The position numbers were made by a program, and so were the translations under genes. A stretch of 64,000 bases of DNA from Anaeromyxobacteraceae bacterium. Lineage in GTDB: Bacteria > Myxococcota > Myxococcia > Myxococcales > Anaeromyxobacteraceae. The stretch spans positions 3,648,001 to 3,712,000 of the forward strand of contig JASGHJ010000002.1 of NCBI GenBank assembly GCA_047602405.1. The letters run 5' to 3'. Shown here piece after piece: positions 10,262 through 20,796 of the stretch (the stretch's first letter is position 1; the number at the start of each line of letters is the position of its first letter). The notes under the pieces are model-generated. The model worked only from the letters and a program-made list of their open reading frames with translations. It was not told where the DNA came from and did not search any database.

Positions 10262-10519
10262 CTACAGCCGCTCGGGAGCGCCGCCGCCCCCGGGCTGCGG
10301 CAGCTCGCGGGGCGTCGGGATCTCGGGATCCGGGATGCGCCCCGGGATCTCCGGCTCGCCGCCCGGCCGCGGCACGTGCACGTCCGGCTCGGCCTGGCGG
10401 CCGGGCACCATCGGCTGGTCGGTCGGCATGGGCACGTCCGCGGGTGCGTTCACCCCGCCGGCGGGCACCTCGGGCTGACGGATCCCGGCGCCCTTCCCTT
10501 CGTCGTGTCTCGGGCTCAT
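10262..10519 (-). CDS. Small proline-rich hypothetical protein (85 aa)
   Basis: MSPRHDEGKG...; repeated PEVP/PEIP/PDV motifs; fills the gap after the convergent peptidase gene. Confidence 0.45.
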   Translation of the reverse strand: MSPRHDEGKGAGIRQPEVPAGGVNAPADVPMPTDQPMVPGRQAEPDVHVPRPGGEPEIPGRIPDPEIPTPRELPQPGGGGAPERL

Positions 10520-10603
10520 GCCTGCACGCTGCGCATCCGGGCGCCCGCGTGCCCTGCCCGGCCCGCCGCCGGTGGGCACCTTCGAGGCTCGAAGGGACCG
10601 CCC

Positions 10604-10957
10604 ATGGCCAGAAGACGCCTCTCCCGCGGGCTCGCCCGCGCGTTCGTCGCGATCGTGGGGTTCGCGGTTCACGTGTTCGTCGCGCGGGCGGCCTTCCGCT
10701 GGCTGATGGGGCCTCGCGTTCGCCCTTCGACCCGCCCGCGGCGAACGCGGTCGAGGAGGGCCGCGCCCGACACGGAGCGAGCCCCCGCCGGCCCGCCCGA
10801 CCGCGACGACACGCACGAGCTCGACGGCGACCTCCGCGACGAGGAGGCGCCCGACGAGACGGCACCGCTCCGGCTCGAGGGGCCTCCGGTCGAGCGGGAT
10901 CTCCTCGGCGTCTCGTGGCAGCCGGACGACGACGCCGGCCGCGGCGACCCGCGGTAG
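10604..10957 (+). CDS. Small hypothetical protein, one hydrophobic segment and acidic tail
   Basis: AAGGGA then ATG 10604; MARRRLSRGLARAFVAIVGFAVHVFVA. Confidence 0.4.
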   Translation: MARRRLSRGLARAFVAIVGFAVHVFVARAAFRWLMGPRVRPSTRPRRTRSRRAAPDTERAPAGPPDRDDTHELDGDLRDEEAPDETAPLRLEGPPVERDLLGVSWQPDDDAGRGDPR

Positions 10958-11041
10958 CAGGTCGCAGGGCTCGAACCACGCCGACGGTCGACCTGGCCGG
11001 CAGCCTTGCGCCCGGCCCCCGTCGCGGCCATGAATGCTGCC

Positions 11042-12106
11042 ATGGCCCACCTCTTCGATCACCTCTCCCTCCGCTCCGTCACGCTCCGCAACCGCATCGG
11101 CGTCTCGCCGATGTGCCAGTACTCCGCGAAGGACGGCGTTCCGAACGACTGGCATCTCGTGCACCTCGGCGCGCGCGCGGTGGGTGGGGCCGGCCTCGTT
11201 TTCACCGAGGCGACCGGCGTCGAGGCGCGCGGCCGCATCTCGCCGCAGGATCTGGGGCTCTGGAACGACGCGCAGGCCGAGGCCTTCGCGCGGATCGTCC
11301 ACTTCGTGGAGGCGCACGGCGCCGCGGCGGGCATCCAGCTCGCGCACGCGGGCCGGAAGGCCTCCACCGCCGCCCCGTGGGAAGGCCGCGCCGCGGTGCC
11401 GCCCGCCGAGGGCGGCTGGCAGGTCGTGGGCCCGAGCGCCGTCGACTTCGACGCGGGCTACCCGCACCCGGAGGCGCTCGACGAGGCCGGCATCGCGGCG
11501 GTGATCCGCGCCTTCGCGGAGGCCGCCGGCCGCGCGCGCGAGGCGGGCTTCAAGATCGCCGAGGTCCACGCCGCGCACGGCTACCTCCTCCACCAGTTCC
11601 TCTCGCCGCTCGCGAACCAGCGCACCGACCGGTGGGGCGGCTCGCACGAGAACCGCACCCGCCTCGTGCGCGAGGTGGTCCAGGCCATCCGGAAGGTCTG
11701 GCCGGAGGAGCTGCCGGTGGTGCTGCGCATCTCGGCGACCGACTGGGCAGAGGGCGGCTGGAACGTGGACGAGTCGGTGGAGCTCTGCCGCGCGGTGAAG
11801 CCGCTCGGCGTCGACCTCGTGGACGTCTCCTCGGGCGGCCTCTCCCCGAAGCAGAAGATCCCCGCCGGCCCCGGCTACCAGACGGCCTTCGCCGAGCGCA
11901 TCCGCCGCGAGGCCGGCGTCGCCACGGCCGCCGTCGGCATGCTCACCTCCCCTGAGCAGTGCGATCACGTGGTCCGGTCCGGGCAGGCGGACATGGTCCT
12001 CCTCGCCCGCGAGATGCTGCGGGACCCGAACTTCCCGCTCCGGGCGGCCCACGTCCTGAAGCACGAGGGCCCCTGGCCGAAGCAGTACCTGCGCGGGAAG
12101 TGGTAA
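11042..12106 (+). CDS. NADH:flavin oxidoreductase, Old Yellow Enzyme family (NamA/YqjM-like)
   Basis: SPMCQYSA, IQLAHAGRKAS, HAAHGYLLHQFLSP, PGYQ. Confidence 0.92.
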   Translation: MAHLFDHLSLRSVTLRNRIGVSPMCQYSAKDGVPNDWHLVHLGARAVGGAGLVFTEATGVEARGRISPQDLGLWNDAQAEAFARIVHFVEAHGAAAGIQLAHAGRKASTAAPWEGRAAVPPAEGGWQVVGPSAVDFDAGYPHPEALDEAGIAAVIRAFAEAAGRAREAGFKIAEVHAAHGYLLHQFLSPLANQRTDRWGGSHENRTRLVREVVQAIRKVWPEELPVVLRISATDWAEGGWNVDESVELCRAVKPLGVDLVDVSSGGLSPKQKIPAGPGYQTAFAERIRREAGVATAAVGMLTSPEQCDHVVRSGQADMVLLAREMLRDPNFPLRAAHVLKHEGPWPKQYLRGKW

Positions 12107-12118
12107 GACCTGCCCCCG

Positions 12119-13288
12119 ATGAACACGGAGAAGAAGGTCAAGGTCAGCCGCCGCGGCGCGGACCGGATCGCCGGCGGGCACCCCTGGGTGTACCGCTCGG
12201 ACGTCGAGGCCGACGGCGGGGCGGAGTCCGGCGACGTCGTCGCGGTGGTCGACGGCCGGGGGAAGTTCCTCGGCAAGGCGTTCTGGTCGGCGCGGTCGCA
12301 GATCGCCATCCGGATGGTCACGCGCGAGGACGAGGCCATCGACGAGGCCTTCCTCGCCGCGCGGCTCGCCTCCGCGATCGATCTGAGGCGGCGGACCTTC
12401 GGCGACGAGCCGTTCGTGCGGCTCGTGCACGGCGAGGCGGACCTCCTCCCCGGCCTCGTGGTCGATCGCTACGGCGACGTGGGCGTCATGCAGACCCTCG
12501 TGCCCGCGACCGACCGGCGCAAGCCGCTCCTCGCGGAGCTCCTCGAGCAGGCGCTCGGCCTGCGCACCGTCCTCGAGCGCAACGACGTGCGCGTGCGCGA
12601 GCTCGAGGGGCTCGAGCAGGTGAAGGGCGTGCTCCGCGGGCCGGCGCCCGGCCCGGTCATGCTGCGGGAGGGCGAGGTCCGGATGAAGCTCGACCTCCTC
12701 GCCGGCCAGAAGACGGGCGCGTTCCTCGACCAGCGCGAGAACCACGTGCGCGCGGGCGAGTACGCGCGCGGCGAGTGCCTCGACTGCTTCTCCTACGCCG
12801 GCGGCTTCGCGCTGCAGCTCGCGCGGCGGGCTGCGAAGGTCACCGCGATCGAGATGCAGCCGGTCGCGGCGGCGCTGCTCAGGGAGAACGCGGCCGAGAA
12901 CCGGGCCGCGAACCTCGAGGTCGTCGAGGCAAACGCCTTCGACCACCTGCGCGACCTCGCGGAGAAGGAGCCGGCGTTCGACCTCGTCGTGCTCGACCCG
13001 CCGGCGTTCGCGAAGAACAAGCAGGCCCTGCCGGCGGCGAAGCGCGGGTACAAGGAGATCAACCTGCGCGCCATGCAGGTCCTCAAGCCCGGGGGCGTCC
13101 TCGTGACGGCCTCCTGCAGCTACCACCTCGACGAGGCGTCGCTCGAGGCGCTCGTGCTCGACGCCGCGAACGACGCCGGCCGGAGCGTCCAGCTCCTCGA
13201 ACGGCGCGGCGCGGGCCGGGATCACCCGGTGCTGCTCGGCGCACCCGAGACGCGCTACCTGAAGTGCCTGTTCCTCCGAGTGCTCTGA
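12119..13288 (+). CDS. rlmI: RlmI-family rRNA (cytosine-C5) methyltransferase
   Basis: GHPWVY PUA-like start, GQKTGAFLDQRENH, FSYAGGF, LDPPAF, SCS, DHP...YLK. Confidence 0.85.
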   Translation: MNTEKKVKVSRRGADRIAGGHPWVYRSDVEADGGAESGDVVAVVDGRGKFLGKAFWSARSQIAIRMVTREDEAIDEAFLAARLASAIDLRRRTFGDEPFVRLVHGEADLLPGLVVDRYGDVGVMQTLVPATDRRKPLLAELLEQALGLRTVLERNDVRVRELEGLEQVKGVLRGPAPGPVMLREGEVRMKLDLLAGQKTGAFLDQRENHVRAGEYARGECLDCFSYAGGFALQLARRAAKVTAIEMQPVAAALLRENAAENRAANLEVVEANAFDHLRDLAEKEPAFDLVVLDPPAFAKNKQALPAAKRGYKEINLRAMQVLKPGGVLVTASCSYHLDEASLEALVLDAANDAGRSVQLLERRGAGRDHPVLLGAPETRYLKCLFLRVL

Positions 13289-13448
13289 GCGAGGCCTGCC
13301 CGGGTCGGCGGGCGCGCCTCGCGGCGGTCACGCGCGCGTTTCGTCCATCGCGAGGCACCCCGGGTCCGACCCCACCCGCCGGTATCGGCCCTCCTCTCGC
13401 CCGTTCCAGGGGTTCTGCCCGGCACGGAGATCGCACCGGGATACGCCG

Positions 13449-16041
13449 ATGCGCTCGTCTGCACGGAAGGTCGCCCTGGCGGCGGCGCTGATCGCGCTAT
13501 GTCCTCGCCCCTCGTCGGCGGGGTGGCGCCTGCCGTTCGAGCTCGTCGGACCGGACCAGGGCCTGCCCTCGGGGCAGGCGCTCACGGTGACGCAGACGCC
13601 GGACGGGTTCCTCTGGATCGGGAGCGAGAACGGCGTCGTCCGGTACGAGGGCGGGCGCGTCCGGCGCTTCTCGCGTCAGGAGGGGCTGCCGTCGTCCTAC
13701 GTGCACCGCCTGGTCGCGACCGCGGAGGGCGCCGTCTGGGCCGCGACGGCGCGGGGGCTCGTGCGCATCCACGACGGGAAGGTCGAGCTCGCGCGGCTCG
13801 AGGGCGAGCCCGACGAGGCCTCGATCAGCTTCCTCGACCTCGACGCGCGCGGGCGGCCGTGGGTCGCCACGCGCGACGGGGTCTTCTCGCTCGAAGGCGA
13901 GCTCACGTTCCGTCGCCGGCCGTGGACCGGCGTGCAGGTCACGTCCCTCGCCTCGGGCGAGGGCGGGGTGCTCTACGCGGCGGGCCCCGGGATCATCCGC
14001 GGGTTCTCGCCGGACGGCACGGTGCGGGACCTCGAGCCGGGCCCCGCCGTGCCGGCCGAGGGCGCGCGCATCCTCGCCGAGGACCGGCAGGGCCGGCTCT
14101 GGGCCGGGGCGGGCAACGTCCTCGCGGTGCGCTCGGCGGCCTCGGGACGCTTCGAGGACCGCTCGCGGCTCCTGCCCGGCGCGCTCGCCGCGAACGGGGT
14201 CGCGTTCCGCGACCACGACGGCGCGCTCTGGTTCCCCACCGGCCGCGGGGCGCTCCGCGTGGCGGGCGACGCGACCACCGTGCTCGGGCCGGCCGACGGC
14301 CTGCCGTTCCCCTGGGTCCGCACCGTGTTCCGGGACCGCGAGCGGACGCTCTGGATCGTCGGGCCGACGCTCGCGCGCCTCCTCGGCGAGGGCCGGCTCC
14401 GCGCGCTCGCGCCCGCGTTCGCGACGCAGGGCTCGGTGGTCTGGGCGGTGCACCGCGCCCCCGACGGCAGGCTCCTCCTCGGCAGCGACGAGGGCGCCGC
14501 GTGGCTGGAAGCCCCCGGCTCCGGCGCTCGCGCACCTCGGGACCCCGGGGGCACGCCCGCGATCGAGACGCCGATCCCGGGCACCGAGGGCCGGCGCATC
14601 AAGGCGGTGGCGGTCGACCGCACCGGCCGCACCTGGCTGCTCTCCTCCACCGGCCCGGCGCTCTGGCTCGAGCCCGGCGCCCGGCGCGCGGTCACGGCGC
14701 CCCTCGGGGACCACGGCACGCAGCTCAACGCCGTGCTCGTCGACGCGCACGGCACGGTCTGGGTCTGCCACGCGCTCGACGGCATCCTCCGGTTCGATCC
14801 CGCCCTCCGCGCGCTCGTGCACGAAGGTCCGCCGGAGCTCCGCCAGCCCGGCCGCGCCATCCAGGCGCTCGGCGTGAGCGAGGACTTCGCCGGCCGGCTC
14901 TGGTTCGGCACCTCCGAAGGGCTCGTGGTGCGGGAGGCGGACGGCCGCTGGCGCACGTTCGGCCCCGCCGACGGCCTCCCGCTGAAGCGCGTGCGCGGCG
15001 CGACCACGATGCCCGACGCGAGCGCGTGGCTGTTCTTCGAGGAGCCGGTGGGGCTCGTGCACGTGCAGCTCCGGAACGGCCGCCTCCAGGTCCTCGCCCG
15101 CCGGACGGGGGCCGACGGGCTCCGCTCGAGCCAGAATCTACGCGGCCGCCTCCGACGCGGTGGGCCGGCTCTGGTTCTCCACCGAGCAGGGCTTCGAGCG
15201 CCTCTCGCCGGCGCTCCACGTGGGCCGGCAGCAGGGCATGGTCAACGAGGACTGCTCGCTGCACGCGGTTCTGGTCGAGGGCGAGACGATCTGGGTGGGG
15301 ACCTCCGGGGGGCTCGTCCGCTTCGACGCGTCCGCCTCGGACCGCGACGTCGATCCTCCGGCCGCGCACGTGCTGGAGGCGAACCTCGGCGGCCTGCGCC
15401 GCTACCCGCCGTTCGGCGCCCTCGCCCCGGTCGCCTCCGGGACGCCGACGGCCGAGCTCCGGGTCGGCGCCCCCGCGTACGCCCTCGGGCACACCCTGCG
15501 TTACCAGGTCCGCATGACCGGGCTCGAGGACGAGTGGCGCGACGCGGGCGGCACCTCGCCGCGCTACACCGGGCTGCCGCCCGGGCGCCACCGCTTCGAG
15601 GCGCGCGCGACCTACGATGGCCTTCGCTTCGGCCCGCCGGGCGCGCTCGAGTTCGAGGTGCTCCCCGCCTGGTGGCAGACCTGGTGGGCCCGCGCCGCCG
15701 GCCTGCTCGGGTTCGCGCTCCTGGTCGCCGCGCTCGTCCAGCTGCGGATCGCCTCGCTCCGTCGCGCGAAGCTCGCCCTCGAGGACCTCGTCGAGCAGCG
15801 CACCGCCGAGCTCCGCGATCGCAACCAGGAGCTCTCGACGGCGCTCTCGGAGGTGCGCGAGCTCTCGGGCCTCCTCCCGATCTGCATGCACTGCAAGCGG
15901 ATCCGCGACGACCACGGCTACTGGGAGAAGATCGAGAAGTACGTCTCGGCGCGCACGAAGGCGAGCTTCACGCACGGCCTGTGCCCGGACTGCCTGCCGC
16001 GGTACATGCCGCCGGATGACGAGAAGCCGCGGGCGGGCTAG
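13449..16041 (+). CDS. Membrane sensor: regulator-type beta-propeller repeats, Y_Y_Y domain, TM helix, coiled coil and C-terminal Cys/His domain (+1 frameshift at ~15135)
   Basis: Signal peptide; repeated DGFLWIG/GRLWAG/GRLWFG blades; RYTGLPPGRHRFEARA; WWQTWW before the TM; LLPICMHCKRIRDD...FTHGLCPDC. Removing one A at GAATC 15134-15138 joins the two ORFs; span is 3n+1. Confidence 0.8.
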
Positions 16042-16052
16042 GCTCGCCCACG

Positions 16053-18131
16053 ATGGCGGCCCCCGCGCTCCCCGGCCTGCCGGCCCCCACGCTCGAGCGG
16101 CTGCTCGCGCTCGGCGAGCGCGTCGCGCTCCCGCCGGGCGCGCGGGTGCCCGACCGCGACGGCGGCCACCTCTGGCTCGTGCTCGAGGGCGGCGCGACGC
16201 TGCGGCGCGATCCGAACGTCCTCCGCCTCGGCCCGGGCGACGCGTTCGGCGTGACCGCCGGGCTCCCCGCCCCCGCGAAGCCCGCGACCGTCGCCGCCGA
16301 CGGCCCGCTCGCGCTCCTGCGCCTCGGCCCGGGCGCGTTCGAGCGGCTCGAGCGCGAGGACCCCGGGACGGCGCTCGCGCTCGCCCGCGCGCACGCCGGC
16401 ACGCTCGCGCGCGAGCTCGAGGCCTCCGGCCACGCCACCATCCTCCGCGGCCGCTCCACCCCGCGGGCCGAGATCGTCCGGCTCGACGTGGGCGGCGTCC
16501 TGCGCGAGGTGCCGAACGGCGTCCGGCTCGTCGACGTGCTGCCCCGCGAGCTCGACGGGCACCTCGTGGTCGGCGCGCTCCTCGGCCACAAGCCGGTCTC
16601 CCTCGCGACGCCGGTCGTCGGCGACGGGAAGGTCGTGCCGCTCACGGTCGCCGACCTCGAGGGGCGGCGGATCTACGCCGCCACGGTCGGGCTCGCGCTG
16701 CTCGAGGCCGCCCACGCGCTCGCGCCCGGGCTCGAGGTGCGGCTCGGGCCGTCGCGCGGCACCTTGCAGGAGGTCTGGGTGCGCGGCGCGCAGCGGGGCG
16801 AGCCCGCCCGGCTCGCGGCCGCGATCGCGGACGGCATGCGCCGGCTCGCGGAGGAGGACGTGCCGGTCCGGTTCGAGGCCTGGACCACCGAGGAGGCCGC
16901 GGCCTGGTTCAGGGAGCGCGGCTGGACCGAGGCCGCCCAGCTCCTGCGGGTGCGCCGGCAGGCCACCGTGGGACTCGTCTCGTGCGGCGAGGTCTACGCG
17001 CTCGCGACCGGGCCGCTGCTGCCCTCGGCGGGCGCCATCGGCGGCTTCGAGCTCGCGGCGAACGGCGACGACGGCGTGCTGCAGCTCGACCTCGGCAAGC
17101 GCGACCCCCGCCGGCCCTCGTCCCCGCCCCGCGCCGGCAGCGACGCCACCGACATGGTCCGCGAGCACGACGCGTGGCTCTCGGGCATGGGCGTGACCTC
17201 GGTCGGTGCGTTCAACGAGCTCTGCATCACCGGCCAGGTCACCCAGCTCATCCGCGTGGCCGAGGGCTTCCACGAGAAGCGCATCGGCCGCGTGGCCGAC
17301 CGCATCGCGGCCCAGCGCGACCGGATCCGGATCATCGCGGTCGCGGGGCCCTCGTCGTCCGGCAAGACCACCTTCCTGAAGCGGCTCACCGTCCAGCTGC
17401 AGATCGACGGCCTCAACCCGATCGGCCTCTCGCTCGACGACTACTACGTCGACCGGGTGCGGACGCCGCGCGACGCGAAGGGCGAATGGGACTTCGAGGC
17501 CCTCGAGGCGCTCGACCTCCCGATGCTGCACCGGCAGGTGGGCGCGCTCCTGCGCGGCGAGGAGGTCACCCTCGCCCGGTACGACTTCAAGACCGGCACG
17601 AGCCACCCCGCGGGCGGGCCGACGCTGCGCCTCAGGCCCGGCGACGTGCTCATCCTCGAGGGCATCCACGGGCTCAACCCGGCCTTGCTCGGGGACCTCC
17701 CGAAGCCGGGCGAGCTCTTCCGGATCTTCATCCACCCCGCGACCGCGCTGCCGTTCGACCGGCTCTCCCGCACGAGCGCGACCGATCTCCGACTCCTGCG
17801 GCGCATCGTGCGCGACCGGCACCAGCGCGGGTACTCCGCGGCCGAGAACATCCTGCGCTGGCCGTCCGTGCAGGCCGGCGAGCGCGCGCACATCTACCCG
17901 TACCAGGGCGAGGCGGACACCGTGTTCGACTCGGCCCTCGTCTACGAGCCGGCGGTGCTGAAGGTCTTCGCCGAGCGGTACCTCCTCGAGGTCCCGCCCG
18001 ACCACCCGGCGTACCCGACGGCGCACCGACTGCGGTACCTCGTGGACCAGTACGTGTCGATCTACCCGGACCACGTGCCGCCGACGTCGCTCGTGCGCGA
18101 GTTCATCGGGGGGTCAGGGTTCGAGTACTAG
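16053..18131 (+). CDS. Nucleoside (uridine) kinase with N-terminal cNMP-binding-like and ThrRS-N-terminal-like domains
   Basis: P-loop AGPSSSGKTT, SLDDYY, ILEGIHGLN, RLLRRIVRD; N-terminal LWLVLEGGA...LGPGDAFG is CRP-like. Confidence 0.8.
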   Translation: MAAPALPGLPAPTLERLLALGERVALPPGARVPDRDGGHLWLVLEGGATLRRDPNVLRLGPGDAFGVTAGLPAPAKPATVAADGPLALLRLGPGAFERLEREDPGTALALARAHAGTLARELEASGHATILRGRSTPRAEIVRLDVGGVLREVPNGVRLVDVLPRELDGHLVVGALLGHKPVSLATPVVGDGKVVPLTVADLEGRRIYAATVGLALLEAAHALAPGLEVRLGPSRGTLQEVWVRGAQRGEPARLAAAIADGMRRLAEEDVPVRFEAWTTEEAAAWFRERGWTEAAQLLRVRRQATVGLVSCGEVYALATGPLLPSAGAIGGFELAANGDDGVLQLDLGKRDPRRPSSPPRAGSDATDMVREHDAWLSGMGVTSVGAFNELCITGQVTQLIRVAEGFHEKRIGRVADRIAAQRDRIRIIAVAGPSSSGKTTFLKRLTVQLQIDGLNPIGLSLDDYYVDRVRTPRDAKGEWDFEALEALDLPMLHRQVGALLRGEEVTLARYDFKTGTSHPAGGPTLRLRPGDVLILEGIHGLNPALLGDLPKPGELFRIFIHPATALPFDRLSRTSATDLRLLRRIVRDRHQRGYSAAENILRWPSVQAGERAHIYPYQGEADTVFDSALVYEPAVLKVFAERYLLEVPPDHPAYPTAHRLRYLVDQYVSIYPDHVPPTSLVREFIGGSGFEY

Positions 18132-18161
18132 GGATCCGGATCCGGATCGGGATCCGGATCG
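18132..18161. repeat. (GGATCS)x5 self-complementary hexamer tract between convergent genes
   Basis: GGATCC GGATCC GGATCG GGATCC GGATCG fills the spacer between two stop codons. Confidence 0.85.
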
Positions 18162-18162
18162 G

Positions 18163-19182
<1,020 letters not shown>

Positions 19183-19214
19183 GTGGGGCCGTTCATACTA
19201 TGTTCCCCGGCCCG

Positions 19215-19979
19215 ATGCCGGCCCGCCCCCTCATCGCCGTCCACGGCTGGTCCTGCGCCGGGGCCGTGCTCGCCCCGGCCCTCGGCGCCGCCCTCCCCGG
19301 CCGGCGCGTCGTGCCGGTCGACCTGCGCGGCCACGGGGCCTCGCCGTCGGGCGCGCCGTTCGGCCTCGACGACCTCGCGCGCGACCTCGCCGCGATGGCG
19401 GGCGCGGTGGGGCCGGGGCCGATCGATCTCATGGGCTGGTCCCTCGGGGGCCTGGTCGCGCTCGCGGCGCTGCCGGCGCTCGGCGCGCGCGTGGAGCGGC
19501 TGGTGCTCGTCGGCGCCACGCCCCGGTTCACGAACGGTGACGGCTGGGCGCACGGCACCGAGCCTCGCGCGCTCGCGGCGGTCGCGGCCCGCACCCGCCG
19601 CGACGCCGCGCGCGCCGTCGAGGCCTTCTGGGACGGGATGTTCTCCCCCGCCGAGCGGGAGCTCGCGCCGCCGCGCCCCGGCGGCCTGGCGGTGCCGGCA
19701 CAGGCGGACCTCCTCGCCGGCCTCGACGTCCTCGCGGCGGCCGACCTCCGCGCGGCGCTCCCCGCCGTACGCGCGGAGACGCTCGTCGTCCACGGCGAGG
19801 CCGACCCGGTCTGCCCCGCCGGCGCAGGGCGCGCGCTCGCCCAGGCCATCCCCGGCGCGAGGCTCGTCCTCCTCCCCGGCGCGGGCCACGCGCCGTTCCT
19901 CTCGCAGCCCGGCGCCTTCGCCGCGGCGGTCTCGGGTTTCCTCGCGTCGGGGGCGAAGCCCCCGGATGCAGCGCCATGA
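19215..19979 (+). CDS. bioH: Alpha/beta hydrolase, pimeloyl-ACP methyl ester carboxylesterase-like
   Basis: HGW, GWSLGG nucleophile, HGEADPV, GHAPFLSQP; overlaps the bioC-like gene by ATGA. Confidence 0.75.
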   Translation: MPARPLIAVHGWSCAGAVLAPALGAALPGRRVVPVDLRGHGASPSGAPFGLDDLARDLAAMAGAVGPGPIDLMGWSLGGLVALAALPALGARVERLVLVGATPRFTNGDGWAHGTEPRALAAVAARTRRDAARAVEAFWDGMFSPAERELAPPRPGGLAVPAQADLLAGLDVLAAADLRAALPAVRAETLVVHGEADPVCPAGAGRALAQAIPGARLVLLPGAGHAPFLSQPGAFAAAVSGFLASGAKPPDAAP

Positions 19980-20740
19980 ACCCGGTCGACAAGCGCCGCG
20001 TCCGGCGCGCGTTCTCCCGCGCCGCGGACCGCTACGAGGAGCACGACGCCGTCCAGGCGCGGGTGCGCGCGCGGGTGCTCGCGTCGCTCCCGGCGGACGC
20101 CCGGCGCGTGCTCGACGTCGGGGCGGGCACGGGGGCGCTGCTCGCCCGGCTCGCCGGCCGCCCCGGCGTCCGCCTCGCCGCCGTCGACCTCGCCCCCGGC
20201 ATGTGCGCGATGGCGCGGCGGGCCGTCCCCGGCGCCGCGGTGGCGGCCGGGGACGCCGAGGCCCTGCCCTTCGGGCCCGGTGCGTTCGACCTCGTCGTCT
20301 CGAGCTCGGCGCTCCAGTGGCTGCCCAGGCTGGACGGCGCGCTCCTCGAGATCGCCCGGGTGCTCGCGCCCGGCGGCGCGGCCTCGATCGCGCTCTTCGG
20401 CGAGCGGACGCTGCACGAGCTCCGCGCGGCCTGGGACGCCGCCGGCGGACCGCGCCGGACGCACCGCTTCGCGTCGAGGAGCGACCTCGCGACGGCCCTC
20501 GACAGGTCCGGTCTCTCGGGGGTGGTGACCGAGGAGGAGCTCGTCCCACGATACCCGGACGCCCGGTCGGTCCTGCGATCCCTGAAGGCCATCGGGGCCC
20601 AGGGAGCCTCACCCGGAACGGGCGGATTGGCCGGTCGATCCGCCACCCACGAGCTGCTCCGGCGCTACGACGCCCTGCGCGACGCCGAGGGCGTCCCGGC
20701 GACCTTCCACGTGCTGCACGCGGTCGCGAAAAAGCCCTGA
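19976..20740 (+). CDS. bioC: Malonyl-ACP O-methyltransferase-like SAM methyltransferase
   Basis: VDKRRVRRAFSRAA..Y, VLDVGAGTG, SSALQW, TLHELRAAW, LKAIGA. Confidence 0.8.
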   Translation: MNPVDKRRVRRAFSRAADRYEEHDAVQARVRARVLASLPADARRVLDVGAGTGALLARLAGRPGVRLAAVDLAPGMCAMARRAVPGAAVAAGDAEALPFGPGAFDLVVSSSALQWLPRLDGALLEIARVLAPGGAASIALFGERTLHELRAAWDAAGGPRRTHRFASRSDLATALDRSGLSGVVTEEELVPRYPDARSVLRSLKAIGAQGASPGTGGLAGRSATHELLRRYDALRDAEGVPATFHVLHAVAKKP

Positions 20741-20796
20741 GCGGACGGGCCCCTCGCCTTGTGGGCCCGGCCACCCCGGGCTAGCATGCCCCCACC

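Noticed and set aside
13296..13445. Structured RNA in the rlmI-sensor spacer
   Set aside because: Only a GCCTCGCG/CGCGAGGC stem, which is expected by chance at this GC content; no family motif.
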